Assembly: GCF_022539665.2 (NCBI RefSeq)
Contig: NC_081333.1
Location: 5,022,001 to 5,086,000 of the forward strand
Origin: Daphnia carinata
Taxonomy: Eukaryota
DNA length: 64,000 nucleotides
Reading direction: 5' to 3'
The position numbers and the translations under genes are program-made. This document shows positions 24,866-37,884 of this stretch, piece by piece (positions within the stretch are counted from its first letter, which is position 1; each line of letters starts with the position of its first letter). The notes below the pieces were generated by a model. It was not told the DNA's origin. It worked only from the letters and a program-made list of their open reading frames with translations, and did no database searches.

Positions 24866-25506
24866 TTAGTAGGCTGGAGTGGTGTACGCTGGGGCTTTGT
24901 AGGCCGGAGGTCTGTATTCGGGAGCTCTGTATGCTGGGGCAGAGTAAACGGGAGCAGCGGGTGCCTTGTAGGCTGCGGCAGAGTACGTGTTGTATTTGGA
25001 CTGCACGTATTCGGGATATTTCGCTTCACCCTCATACTTGACATCAGCCGTGTAGCCGTAGCTATCAGCTCTGTACGTCACGATCTGAGTGCGGCCATCT
25101 GGAAGTTGAACGCGGTAAGAGCCAGTCGTGACTTTACCGTCGCTTCTCTCGGAGTGATCATAATCAGTGTAGTATTCAGCATCTTTCACGGAGTACCCAA
25201 AATCGTAAGGTTGAGCCTAAACAATTCATTTGAATCCGAATTAAATACGCCACATAAAAAAAAAACGTGTTCTAATCGAACTTACCTCGTAGTAAACTTC
25301 GCCGTATGAAGCGGCCTCGTACTTAGGGGATTCATATTTAGGAGCCACGTACTTTGGTGCGTATTCCGCAGTCCTGTAGGAATCAGCGGCGGCAATTGCG
25401 AAGACAGCGGCGATGATGAAAAACTGTTGTTACAATATATTGAATATGCTTTTCAGTATAATGGCAGCCGATGGCAATTGAAAGTCAAGGTGTCGCTTAC
25501 CTTCAT
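24866..25506 (-). CDS. RR-2 cuticular protein (copy A2), 3 exons
   Basis: MK/FFIIAAVFAIAAA signal; QPYDFGYSVKD...TTGSYRVQLPDGRTQIVTYRADSYGYTADVKYEGEAKYP; YKAP tail; frame intact. Confidence 0.9.
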
Positions 25507-26261
25507 GCTGCAGGAGAAGTGAGTTGCTTGAAATATTTTGATGACTGATGGTTTAAGCCGATTTGATCCCGACTTTTATACTGAATTTTGATAGTAAGGA
25601 TAATGCATGGCAATTGTGGGAAGTGGCAAATTCCCAAGCACAGTTTGATAGAAAGTGGTAGTCTAACTGAATTAGGAGTTATTCTGGAATAAGTACGTTA
25701 GGTATCACAGAGTTGGAGAATAACCGGTTACTTACGAGCAAAGTTTGTGGCCCTGTGCCATAAATTCATTGTTGTGTCGTTTCTCTGACTTGGTCCACTG
25801 TTTTATCAAATAAATTATGTAAAGCTCAATGCTAATTTCGTAGGATGATATTTTTGAAAGTCGTTGTACAATCAAGTTGATAATACCCTCTTTGGCTGGA
25901 TTGATACCTATTCGGGGAGTGGGTCACAGAACTTAAGAGAGAGGATATTCTTGAAAGTGTCCGGTATAGACACAATAGGGAAAATCCCGTTTTTTGATGG
26001 ACTTGCCTGTTGACCATGATGAAATCCTGATCGAGGTCATTGTCAATAACGATCTAGATCATCTGTAGTACAGTTTCGTTTTTAAAATGGAAAGGTGCTA
26101 AACACTTTTTTACGTCATCAAACATTTCCCCCATTTGAATCCAGCAAAGGTAACAGAAATAAGTACTACAAAGAAATCTCTCTACGGTATTTAAGGGCGA
26201 GCGAACAATAGAAAGGGTATCAGTTGCCCAACTGTCTCAAACGTACTATCAGCTTCCCAAC

Positions 26262-26889
26262 ATGCAGGTAACATTTACTGTGCATTCAAACGATTCATAA
26301 TTATTCTGTATAGTTCTAACAAAATCGCCATTTCAATTTTCAAGTTCGTCGTACTAGCCGCCTTGATCGCTGTCGCCGCAGCCAATTCTGCCTACCCTGG
26401 CTCAAGTTATGCAACTTCATCTTACAATAGGCCATCTTATTCACCTTCAACTTACGACGGCAAGGAATACGTAAGTCCCATTGTCTTTTCTTTATCGATT
26501 CATAGCAGTGTCTAAATTAGTGGTTGCCCGTTTTATAGGCCGCCCAGCCATACGCTTTCAACTGGGCCGTCAACGATGGTTACGGCAGCGACTACTCCCA
26601 CTCTGAGAGCAGCGATGGTCAGGTAACCACCGGCACTTACCGCGTCCTCCTGCCCGATGGTCGTGTACAAATCGTCACCTACAAAGCTGATAGTTACGGA
26701 TACAGAGCTGATGTCAAGTACGAAGGCGAAGCCAAGTACCCTGCTGCCACCTACTCCGCACCAGTTTACTCCGCACCAGTTTACACTTCTCCTGTTATCA
26801 CCGCCCCTGCTCGTTACGCTATGCCAGTCACCGCTATTGCAACCGGCCCAATCTACAGGACTTCCGCTAACGTTGCCCGCGACTACTAA
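26262..26889 (+). CDS. RR-2 cuticular protein (copy B2), 3 exons
   Basis: Paralog of 22940-23565 with the same exon structure; TGTYRVLLPDGRVQIVTYKADSYGYRADVKYEGEAKYP. Confidence 0.9.
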
Positions 26890-28189
26890 GCCCACTAAAC
26901 TTTGAAATGTTTACGCCCAAAGATGCCCATTAAAAATTTATCATTTAATAAATTAAACTAAAGCAAAACTACAACGTCCTTATTTATTGTCTAACTCCAA
27001 AAAAGGACAAGTAATAAATCATTAAAAAAAATAATTTTTTAGAAACATAAATGTTCAATTGAAACGTAATGTAATTTTTTTTAAGCATAAAGTCAAAAGC
27101 TTTTTGTGAAACATGAACGTGTTTGTGGAAACTATCGATATTAGACGCTTAGTACTCAAATCCAACACAAACGCTTCCATTCTGCTTTTTGAGAATACAA
27201 AATGCCTAAACCTTTTTTTCGCATATGCTTTCGGAGTAAATAAATTGGTGTTCGAGCTCCTAACTGTATTGCGCATTTTAGTACTACCTAATCATAATTG
27301 AATGAATAGCTCCAACACCGTCGGATCTCCACAAAAAGCTGATCAAATCCAGCTGAAACCGAAACTGGACTTTTAAAGCTGTCACCCTAACAGTATAGCA
27401 TTCTGTTATGGATAACATACCGCGATTGTTGAAGAGAAGATATTCAGCTAACCAACAATTATTTTTAATGAAATTTTAATATCCGCCTGCTGCAATGTTT
27501 AGTATTTTTACCCATAACAGGAAATATGCCAGCATACTTCGTATTAGAAGGCCGGTTTATTACCCGTTACCCGCAAAAGCTTATGTTATACAAGCGTATC
27601 AATTCGCAAACAAATCAATCATATTATTACTTGGTATACTGTGTCTTAGCTTTGACCATTTAACACATTGAATAACTGTTTCATATTTTTGAGCATTCCC
27701 AATTACTATCAAGCATTCAAATCTTAATAACCAAACTGTTGAGGTGTGGCTCCTTTAGGGCATTGTGGATCAATGATATCACCCATAACAAGATTCGACT
27801 GCTTTCGTATGCGACCCATCTATTATGTTACCAAACTAAGATAAAACGATGCAGTGAATTCATTTATTTTATAACAAAAGCATTGGCAAAAATCTTTATT
27901 TCTCCAGTTGGGTATTAGTGAACGCACAACGTCACTATTACTTTTCATAATTACATATTCGGTCCGCAAAACGAATTAGTGCCTTACAGATAGTATGCTC
28001 TAAGCATCTGCGGCACCGAGGACCATGTTTGGATTTTCCATAGCCAATCCACTGCCTGTAACATTCATGTTATAATTTGAATTTCAATAATGGTATAGTT
28101 AAAAGGAACATTGAAAATGTAATGTGGTCGTTTATTTCAGCATAACCAATGTATAGAAGTAAACTGATTTTGCATTGCGTGATTAGACT

Positions 28190-28590
28190 TCATGGGGGTG
28201 ATGTGATGGGGGTCATGTATTAAATTTTGCTTTGGAGGCTGGTGTAGGGTAGACGGCGACCGGAGCCGTGTAGACTGGGGTGGAGTAAACGGGAGTAGGG
28301 GTAGCAGAAGATTTATATTGGGGAGTTGGGGAAACTGGTGCAGGAGCCCTAGTTTGGTGTGGTTTGAGTAGATTCGATCGCGATATTTATAGCGAGCGTT
28401 GAACGTAAGTAGAGCAACTGTGGGATATGGCACATCTGCAAGTATGCTTAGCACCAAACGAAAGTAACTGGATTCAATGGTTGTTCGGAATAAGTACGTT
28501 AATGGAGGTGAACTTGAGTAACAACGGTTGATTTACGAGCATGATTTATGACCATGGGCAAGAAATCCTTAGTTTTGTTGTTTTTCAGTT
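28190..28590 (-). pseudogene. Third, internally deleted copy of cuticle gene A (promoter joined to Pro/Tyr tail)
   Basis: 28380-28590 resembles the A1 upstream region (GCGATATTTATA...GTGGGATATGGCACATCTGCAAG). It directly abuts APAPVSPTPQYKSSATPTPVYSTPVY-type tail sequence, with no signal or R&R exon. Confidence 0.65.
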
Positions 28591-28614
28591 AATGTTTTGT
28601 TCATTTTAATGCAC

Positions 28615-29030
28615 CGAAAATGTAAACGTATTGTTTTAATTCGACGTCGCTGTAGTGGAATCGGAAGTAGCCCGTGTGTTGGTGCGTGACATTGCGTAGC
28701 GTCATCGAAGATGTCACGTGAGTTCCATTCGTATCCTACGTTTCTTGAAAACGCTCGTCTACTTTTATCAGTTGCAAATGAAGAAATCGATTAAAACATT
28801 CACAAAGGGGAAAGACAGTGTTAATTGCTAGATAGACGTATTTGTGGATGTTTAGTGAGAAAATCGGGCAGTTCCCATTTCCATCGGAGTACCGTCTGAT
28901 TAGCTTCCATCTCATTTTCATACGCGTAGCTACTCGTTATCGTGAGCGTTGTATTCAGTTCAACTACGGCCTTTCGAAGCTGTAGGCAACAAACAGTTGT
29001 AACAACATGGACAATGTTGTGATGCACAGT
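28615..29030 (-). pseudogene. Truncated 5' fragment of Pvr-like Ig-domain gene (inverted duplicate of ~37885-38425)
   Basis: Near-identical translation to the plus-strand copy, including the same VDERFQET* stop. Confidence 0.75.
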
Positions 29031-30569
29031 TGAATGTTTGGGAGGGATAAAAGAGCCGAACGGCTTTTCGGTCCCGAGTCAGTTTGGCTCTATTCATATT
29101 ACCTGTTGCGCGTAGACACATCACGCGCTACTCACGCCTGTTGCTACGACGCGTTCGTCACATTTTAGCCCCCCTTCCAATTTATCGGTGGCACTATTGG
29201 GCCACTTAGTTGCCTGGAAATGAACACTTGGGACACGTCACCACCCAAAGTGCCTCATTGATTGATCTGTCAATCGATTTTTAATCGAAAGTTGCATCGT
29301 TAACGTACTAGCTAGCGGGAAATGCAATTTTCGTGGCCAGGCAAGTCGATGTGTTTTATGGTGCGATCATAAAAACATGACACCGTAAACAGCGATTCTG
29401 AAAGTGCGGAAGATGACATTGGACGTTGTTCATCTCTATCCCGCGTGCACTATTGATAATTTGATATACACGCAACTTAAGTTTTAACTTTGATTTCTTC
29501 TCGCGATAATACAATCTTGTTTACTGTGTCAAGGTGATTGCATCTTCACACTAAAGTTGGGTCTCTGTACGTTTTTTCCCTGTAGAGCAAACCAATCAAA
29601 AGAGTCCTACTTACTGGCGGATTTAATCAACCGGGAAAGTTTCTATGTTGTCTCTCCAGGCCTTTTTTTATTGCATTTTCATTCTAATAACAATTGCATC
29701 AATTAACAATTCTATGTTTGCTGCTGCTGCTAAACGCTAATTAGATTTGCGTCGAAAATTGATTGCACGCAAACATTGATTAGAAACAATAAAGCATTTC
29801 TGCCACGGAGGTATGGAATAGATTTTAATCTCTCCTTTAAAGGTCGTTTGTTTTTTCCGTTACGTTTCCTATTTCTTCTTTCGTTTTGTTCTTCGGCTTT
29901 TAAAGACGCTAAAATCAGGCCCTTCCTTACCACTATTACATAACAAATTTTAATGTTTTTCGCAAAGGTTTGGAGTTTCCGGAAGCTACACTTGACATTT
30001 GATTACCGGAACCCCTTTTTAATAAGGGTTTAAATACCCACCTGTGCTGCGCTTTGCCATCAGTCCAGCAGAGCAGTTCACAGAGCTATATCTGATGTGC
30101 CTAGTGTTAAGGCAGGTGAATGCTTAGTTTAAGCTAGATTTTAATTGCTATTCTTTTAACTAAGTTAATACTACAGTCTGTGTGCAGATGATAGGAAATG
30201 TTTATGTGCTTCTTTGGGATCAGCTGAAGTAATGCACAGATGGACATGTGTACATCTCTCCTGATCAGCTGAGTGTAATGAAAACTGGAACTTGTCTCGT
30301 CGGCCACGTTGGTAATAGTTTAATTGGTATTTATTCTGACGCGTATGTGTTTCCTGTAATTGAATTTTCGTTGTGTGTGTTGTACCCGACTGTGTTTGAA
30401 TTTGTTCTAGTGAAAGCTGTGCACCGTTTCATCATTCACCACCTGTTCGGCGCAATCGCGTTGAAGGATGTGAATTAAAAAGCTTCGCTGGAGGCGAACT
30501 CGATCACCAGTTGATTTGCACCGGTCTTCCATCAAGTGCTAAGGAACATTTACCAACGTTATCATTAGC

Positions 30570-31930
30570 CATGGGTTCCACAGTTTGGGTAAATTTATCT
30601 TTTCTTTTTGCCAGTTGCATGCAGCTTAATTACTAAACTTTTTTTCTTTTTCTGTAGAGAGTCTTGCTGTTCTGCGTTTTCGGATGCGTTTATTCGAATT
30701 CTGCTGCTGGAGGGGGCCTCAACAATGTTGAGTGTGCTTTCTGTTACCGTTTCATATATTCGTAGTGTTAAGTTTGTTTTTAAAATAAGGGACAGTAAAG
30801 ATTGATCAGATCGTTGATGCGGCCCAGGCTGCTGCTGGGCAATTTCCGTATATGGTAAGCAACAAATTCTTTTTGTGGTCGTCATGCTAATAAGTTTGAA
30901 TTATTCAACCTTGTTTAGTCAATTTTACGCCTCAACGGCGCTTTCTTCTACGGTGGGACTTTGGTTGCGCCTTTTCTTTTGATGGCTCTTCATTTTCTGG
31001 TAAAGTAGGGATCTTTTTACGACCTCGCTGTTCCCTGAAAATTGAAACCCCTCCGTAACTTGCACGCAATTCTGTTCAGCTTGCAGTCGTTGATTCTGGT
31101 TTAGTGTTTGTGGTTTAGTATTTAGTGTAGCAAAATTTTGTTCGTGTTCAATGTTGTATGTTTGTTTTTCTCGTAGTGTGCCTGCTTCGTCTGCGGCCGA
31201 GCCGGCGCTGAGATGAGAGCTGTACGGAGGTTCATTGTGCATCCCTCTTACAATTTCGTATCAAGGGTAAGGGCCTATTCTTTACAATGAGGGCGGGATT
31301 TTAGTTTTCCTAATAACGTCGTTCTAATTTAATTACAGCACAACGGCATTGCCATAATGGCTTTCAGTACTCCTGTTAACAACACCGTGCCTGTTGAGCT
31401 ACCTTTTTTCTAGGCGCGCACACTTCGTATGAGGGACGGAGTACGGTTATTGCTGGATGGGGAACGACATCTTCCGGTGGGTGTGTTTTTTTAATTATTT
31501 ACCATTTACATGTGGTGTCGTTTGTTATGCAAAGTTTAACTCACCGTTTTGCCGTCGAAAGGTGGATGTGTGTCCAGCACGTTGCTCAGGGCGACGGTTA
31601 ACGTTCTCGAGAACAGCCTGTGCTGCATCAGTATGGAAGGACTTTGTTTGGATTGGCCGTTGTATCGAGTTCGTTTTACCCTAGTGAGATGATGTGTGCC
31701 GCTACGGCTGGGAAGGACACTTGTCAGGTCTGTCAATTTCTTTTTGTTCGTGTTTCGACCAAACTTTGTTTTTCGATTGATTCTGTAACAATAGTCTTCA
31801 GGGTGATGGTGGCAGTCCATTGCTCTATACCGGGTATCAAGTAGGTATTACCATTTTGGCAGGGGCGTGCCGATCCCGGATACGCTGGAGTGTATACACT
31901 TGTCACCAATTATCTTGGATGGATTGGAGA
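30570..31930 (+). pseudogene. Trypsin-like serine protease pseudogene
   Basis: IVDAAQAAAGQFPYM (decayed IVGG), TVIAGWGTTSSG, LRATVNVL, MMCAATAGKDTCQ/GDGGSP (catalytic Ser lost), YAGVYT; stops and frameshifts. Confidence 0.8.
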
Positions 31931-32681
31931 CACTCAAAGGAGGATTTAGAACTTTATGGACGCAGTGAGCCGCTTAGGCGCGAATGGCTTTTTCGGTGTA
32001 GGGTGGAGGGTTGCAGTTCATAAATAATACAATTGCCATAATTGACTTGGTGGAGAATGCATATTTTCACCTGATAGTTTCCAGAGGACGGTACTGTATA
32101 ACCAGGTATCCGTTTGGTTGGAGGAGATGCGATCCGACATAGATTGCTGTGCAGGATATTGGAGTTGTATTGTGTGCAGAATTAGCTGGTACCTTGATCC
32201 CATTGAACGACGGTGCCATTGGACTGAATGAGAATTTTTATTGGGCAAGAAACCCATCCTGGCGGTTTGAAGCGACCAAGGGACTAGTTCACGGTTAGAA
32301 GCCGGTTCCTTGGGGGTTAATGTTTGGGTATGTTTCGTACCATATCGTAGCATCTCACTCATTGAGTGTTGGTTTGATTTTTCTTGGTTTCCAATTATGA
32401 CATGCAATTTAAGACGCCGCAAGTACGCGGTGAGCTAAGGGTATCCCTGTGGGTCGTTGCAATTGATCTAAGCCTTCTAATGACTGTACATTTTATGAAA
32501 ACTGCGTTTACAAATTGTTATTCTAGGCAATGGATTTATGACGAATGTATTCACTTACATTTCATATTCAATTTTCGTTTCGGAAGGAAGCTCTCGTTCT
32601 AGACACGGAATTCTGCCGAGTAATTTTCTTGGTATTCAAGGTGCTTGAGAAACGGAATGAAAGTTCTGTGTTATTTTACAG

Positions 32682-32860
32682 GGTGATAGGGGTGACTCTG
32701 ATTTTTGTCTGCGGAATTCAAGTGGCTGTTACTTCCTTCGGCAATGAATGTGATGATCCTTACTTTGTCGGCGTTTGTTCCACCTTCGTGCGTTGTTCCA
32801 CCAACGTCGATTGGGTTGCAATCACCCAGGCCAACAATCCTCCAATAGCTGGGTAATTGA
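32682..32860 (+). pseudogene. Isolated last-exon fragment of a trypsin-like gene
   Basis: GIQVAVTSFGNECDDPYFVGV follows an AG acceptor. Confidence 0.55.
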
Positions 32861-33430
32861 ACTACTGACTATGTCTCATCTACCGTTCGGTTTCAGTGGG
32901 CTTTCTTATTGTTGCGCGCTTGCTGTTAACATGTTAAAAAAAACACGTGTACGTTAGGCTACAGATTTTAGTTATTAAACTGATTTGATACAGGTTGTGA
33001 CATGAATGCGAATTTCGCATTGAAAATGATGGTAGTGAAGTCTTATGTTCTTTAATAGGAGTTTCAATGGAGTGGGGTTTTATCAACAAGTGTGCACTTT
33101 GCGTTCTTATTTGCAAGGCACGTGTACAATTATGCGAGGTGACAGCTGCAACATTTTATTTTTAAATTTTTTCTTCCTTGTTTTCCCGTCGTACTCAAAA
33201 CTCGACGCGTGTGTTCTTGCGAAATGACGTATGAGAGTTATTTCACTGCGTCTTTTTTTCCAAACAACTGTAGCACATGGTCTGCAACTTCGTGCATTGG
33301 TGTTTCTTTCTAGAGAAATGACGTTCTGAATTGTCGAAATATAACGGAGCCCGAAAGGATCAACTTGTCCATAAGCTGCCTTGGCTCTACTGACAGTTGC
33401 AAATCGTCTGACATTTCAAGTGCATCGTTA

Positions 33431-35010
33431 AGATGCGTTTCACCTTATGGGTAAATTTCTTTTTTTTTGGCACGAATTTATTCGTTAATGATATTAACAT
33501 CTTGTGTTAATTAAAGGCTGTTGGCTTGTTTTGCCTTTTCGGTTTAGGGTCGTCGAGAAATGCAGCGTATAGCAAAGGTATTTGAGCTTTACATTAATAA
33601 TATGCAAAGGTTTAGTTTCTTGTTATTCAATTAGAAGGAAATAGACAACCAAACATCTCCATCATCGGTGCTATACAGCACCAAAATTTAATTCATTTTG
33701 TGACAATTATAAACATTTCGCAGACGGTTTTACTTTTAAATGGCTACTTGTGCGATGAGACCATTTTAAGTCCTAACGGCTGCTCATTGCTTGGTAGAGT
33801 ATGAATTATTTTTTTTTTTTCAGTTGCTTAAGTTGTTTATAGCATGAATGCGTTTGGCTTATTCTTTCATTGTCATGCGAACGTTTTTCAACATTTTAAC
33901 TTATTTAAATTAATTAACTTTGCCAAAAAGCGTCGTTTTATAAAATTGAAATCAGTTTGTTTTTGTTATTTCAGTCACGCCCAATCAGAGGCGAGCCTTT
34001 TCACCGTGTATTCAAACACGTTGTCAATTAACGGTGTCGGAACAGGATCTCTGACTCGAAAAGGGACTAAATTCATCGTCCATAATGCCTACAACTCCAA
34101 CACTCAGGTCAGTTGTTCCTCTTGTATGTAGACAAAAAAAAAACTGGAACATATCTTGGTACGGAAGAAAAAAAAGAACATAGCTTTCTTAGTATATCAT
34201 CCATCATGTAGTTAGTTAACACTCCAAATGACTTGGTAGGATAACGACATCGCTTTCTGGTCCTGGGCACACCGGTGACGACAATCACGCCCGTTACCTT
34301 TCCGACCGATTCATCGGTGACAACCACTACCAAACCTACTACTACCCCACCACCCACGTCAACTACCACACCAACAACGACCACAACTAAATCGACCACA
34401 ACAACCAAACCATAATGACTACAACAACTAAGCCTTCGACGACGATGACTAAGCCAACAACAACTACCAAACCGACCACAACAACTACCAAACCAACCAC
34501 AACGACGACCACCAAGTCGACCACAACGATGAAAACGACGGGAACTAAACCGACGTGTTCGTGCACCTGCCCGCCACCGACCACGCCAGCGGTAAGAGCG
34601 TTCAGCACCTACGCTAACAGCCCAACCGTCATCGCTGGATGGGGAACCACGTCTTCAGGTTTTAACGTGTTTAAATCCAGTTTGTCCTTTTTTCCGTTTT
34701 CAATAATTTGTTTTTCACATTTAAATGCCAAAGAGGGAAGCGTTTCCCAAGTGGTGTTGAAAGCTGACGTCACTGTTCTAGACAACTCCGTTTACACTAG
34801 TCACTACGGCACTGGATTTATTGGTGCTGACATGTTGTGTGCCTCTGGTCCTGGTACAGACACCTGTCAGGTAATTTTCTTCTAGGTTACTTGATTCTTT
34901 TTGATGAAATGCTGATGTGTAATTTTACAGGATGGCAGTGGTGGTCCGCTTTTCGTCAGCGGAGTTCATGTGGGCATTACATCCTTTGACGATTCTTACA
35001 ATTCTTCATT
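33431..35010 (+). pseudogene. Trypsin-like gene with Thr-rich insert, degenerate and 3'-truncated
   Basis: FIVHNAYNSNTQ/DNDIAFLVL, then KPTTTT repeats, TVIAGWGTTSSG, VLKADVTVLDN, MLCASGPGTDTCQ/DGSGGPLFVSGVHVGITSF. The 5' exons are decayed and a frameshift lies in the repeat. Confidence 0.75.
34315..34560 (+). repeat. Thr-rich (KPTTTT)n coding low-complexity repeat
   Basis: ACN-rich tandem codons visible in ORF 34415-34885. Confidence 0.85.
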
Positions 35011-35011
35011 G

Positions 35012-36700
35012 GTCCACATACGAAGTGCCTGCGTCTGAGAAAAACGGTAGCGGGACAGGCGTGACGTTGTTAGTGTAAAGCATTCTTTTAGTGATTGAAA
35101 AGAATGACTTTACGTTATTTAAGACAAATTGTAATAAGAAAATGAACTCGGGAAGGCGTTACCACAATGCCGAATATATTTTATTCTAATAGGCTAAAGA
35201 TAATAAAAGAATTACACAGATATGGGGTATAAATGGGAAACAGAAATACAAAAATGGAGTCATACGAATTCAGTCTTACCGTCACCGTCGTGGCGAAGAT
35301 GAAAAAAGATGTTAAACGTTGGAAGCGAAAAGATAAGGGAAACAGGGCTTGTCGGTCGCACAAGAAGCGATGAAAAGCACTCACAATAATTATTGAATAA
35401 GAACGAATTAAACTCACTATATTGGAAGAATTAAACAACACTGGTAGCACTAAAGATGAAAACTAGAACTGAAGATAGTTGAAGAACTGAAACGAACTGT
35501 AGAACTATAGAACTAACTTTTGGGAACAAAAAGGGCATCCTTTTATACGTTTTACATGTTTGAGGGAAACATAGCATTTCCGACAGATGAGCTCCGGATA
35601 TAAGTTATTGAATATCTCACGTCGCAACATTTCATATTCATGGAAATGTATGGCGCGATGTTCTACGCATGAAGCTCATCCAATCAGCAATCAGCAGGAT
35701 TTAAAGTATAATATAAAAATAGAATTCAGCAATAAGCAGGATGTAAAGTATAATATAAATATAGAATTCAGGGAAATGCCAATGACACTTGAATTACTAT
35801 ATTTATCATGTATACTTTAAATATAATGCATAACAGACATAGTATATAATTTTAATATAAAGAAAACAAACAATGAAGATAAAATATAATTAAATGTTGT
35901 ATTTTTATGACTTCGTTACATTAGCAGGAGTACTCAAAGTCATCATGGCAATGTCATTTTGCTGTAACTAAATTAGAGCGACGTTATTAATCAGGAAAAC
36001 TAAAATCTCGCCATCATTGCAAAGAATAGGGTCTTATCTTTGATACGGAATTGTACGAGGGATGTACAATGAACCTTCTTACAGTCCTCACCTCAGCACC
36101 GGCTCCGCCGTTCGCAGCTAGTGTGTTTACAGTTAGTTGTAACGAGCCCGTTGATGAAGGAAATACACTACGAAAAAAGGACCCAAAAATGAACACAAAC
36201 AAACATACTAAATTGCACCAACGGCTGCAAGCTGATTGGAAGTGCGTCAAATTTAAACCTACGGAGGGGTTCCAACCCTCGGCGAAAAGCGGGGTCGCAA
36301 AAAAATTCTTACTTTACTAGACAATGAGAAGCCGTCAAAATAAAAAAAGGGGCAATCAAAGTCCCACCTCAAAAGAAGGCGCCGTTGAGGCGCAAAAATG
36401 CCTAAACGAGATTGCAAATGATTCCAACTATATAGCATGCCGACCACAAAAAAAATTTATTACTTATCATATAAGTAAATTCCCCAGCAGCAGCTTGTGT
36501 CCACCAACGATCTGATCAATCTCTTCCGTCCCTTATTTTAAAACAAACTGAACATTACGAATATATGAAACGGTAAAAGAAAGCACACCCACCATTGTTG
36601 AGGACGCCTACGGAAACGGAGCCCGAATAAACGCATCCGAAAAAGCAAATCAGCGAAATTATCTATAGAAAAAGAAAATCCTAGTAATTAAACGGTTTAT
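35012..36700 (-). pseudogene. 5' half of trypsin-like gene (inverted paralog of 30600-31435), split by a solo LTR
   Basis: IVGGHKLLLG, QLTVNTLAANGGAGAEVRTVRRFIVHPSYNSVSK and NDIAMMTLSTPA. The exon resumes on the other side of the LTR at 35069-35012. Confidence 0.78.
35074..35920. mobile_element. Solo LTR (847 bp, gypsy-like)
   Basis: TGTAA...TTACA termini with a 4-bp TSD TTAG (35070-35073, 35921-35924). Removing it restores the trypsin exon. Confidence 0.85.
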
Positions 36701-37884
36701 CAATGCCAGCAAGAAAAAAATTTAAAAACGTAAAGGAAGGGAACGAGAAAATGGAACCAACAACGAACAAAAAAATAATAGGTAAATGGGTTAAAGGTTG
36801 GGCTTGAAAAACATACACGTGAACTACGCATTCGGTCCCTTCCTTATGCTGATGGGCAAAGTAAGTGAACGACCTTTAGAGGAGAGACTTCAATCTATTC
36901 CGCTAAACGCTTTATGGTTTCTAATCAATGTTTGCGTGCAATCAATTTTCGACGCAAATCTAATTAGCGTTTAGCAGCAACAGCAAACAAAGAATTGTTG
37001 ATTGAGGCAATTGTTAACCTATTTCAATACAGTGCAGCTACAATAAGATTGACAAACAATACAAGAACAGGGGCCTCGTGCCAAGTCGAGCAGCAACTCA
37101 CGATTCGGTATTCAAATTTGCTCATCACAACCAACTTTTATTCGAATGAAAATGCAATAAAAAAAGGGACTGGAAAGGCAACGTAGAAACACTTTCCCGG
37201 TTGATTAAATCCCCCAGTTATTAGGTCTCTTTTGATTAGTTTTTTCCATAGGGAAAACACGTACAGAGACCCAGCATTAATGTGAAGAAACAATCACCTT
37301 GACACAATAAACAAGACTGCATTATCGGGAGAAGAAACCAAGGTTAAAACAAGAGTTATGTGCATATCAAATTATCAACAATGCACGCGGGGGGAAACGA
37401 ACAACGTCCAATGTCATTGTCCGCACTTTCAGAATCGCTGTTTATGGTGACATGTTTTTACGATGGCACCATAAAACACATAGACTTGCCCGGCCACGAA
37501 GATTGCATTTTCCCGCTAGCTAGTACCTTAACGACGCAACAGTCGATTAAAATCGATCGACAGATCAATCAATGAGGCACTTTGGGTGGTGACGTGTCCC
37601 AAGTGTTCATTTCGAGGCAACTAAGTGGCCCAATAGTGCCTCAGATATATTGGAAGGGGACTAAAATGTGATGAACTCTACGTAGTAGCAGGCGCGAGAA
37701 GCGCGTGATGTATGTCTAGGCGCAACCGGCAATATGAATAGAGCCAAACTGACTCGGGACCGAAAAAGTCGTTCGGCTCTTTCATCCCTCGCAAACATCT
37801 GGCTCACGACAGCACTCGTTACAGAAACGTTTACACAGAAACAAGTGAAAGTACAAGCTCGCACACTTGTGGTCTTTCCTTCGT

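Noticed and set aside
34109..34608. Val-rich hydrophobic minus-strand ORFs
   Set aside because: They are the antisense of the Thr-repeat.
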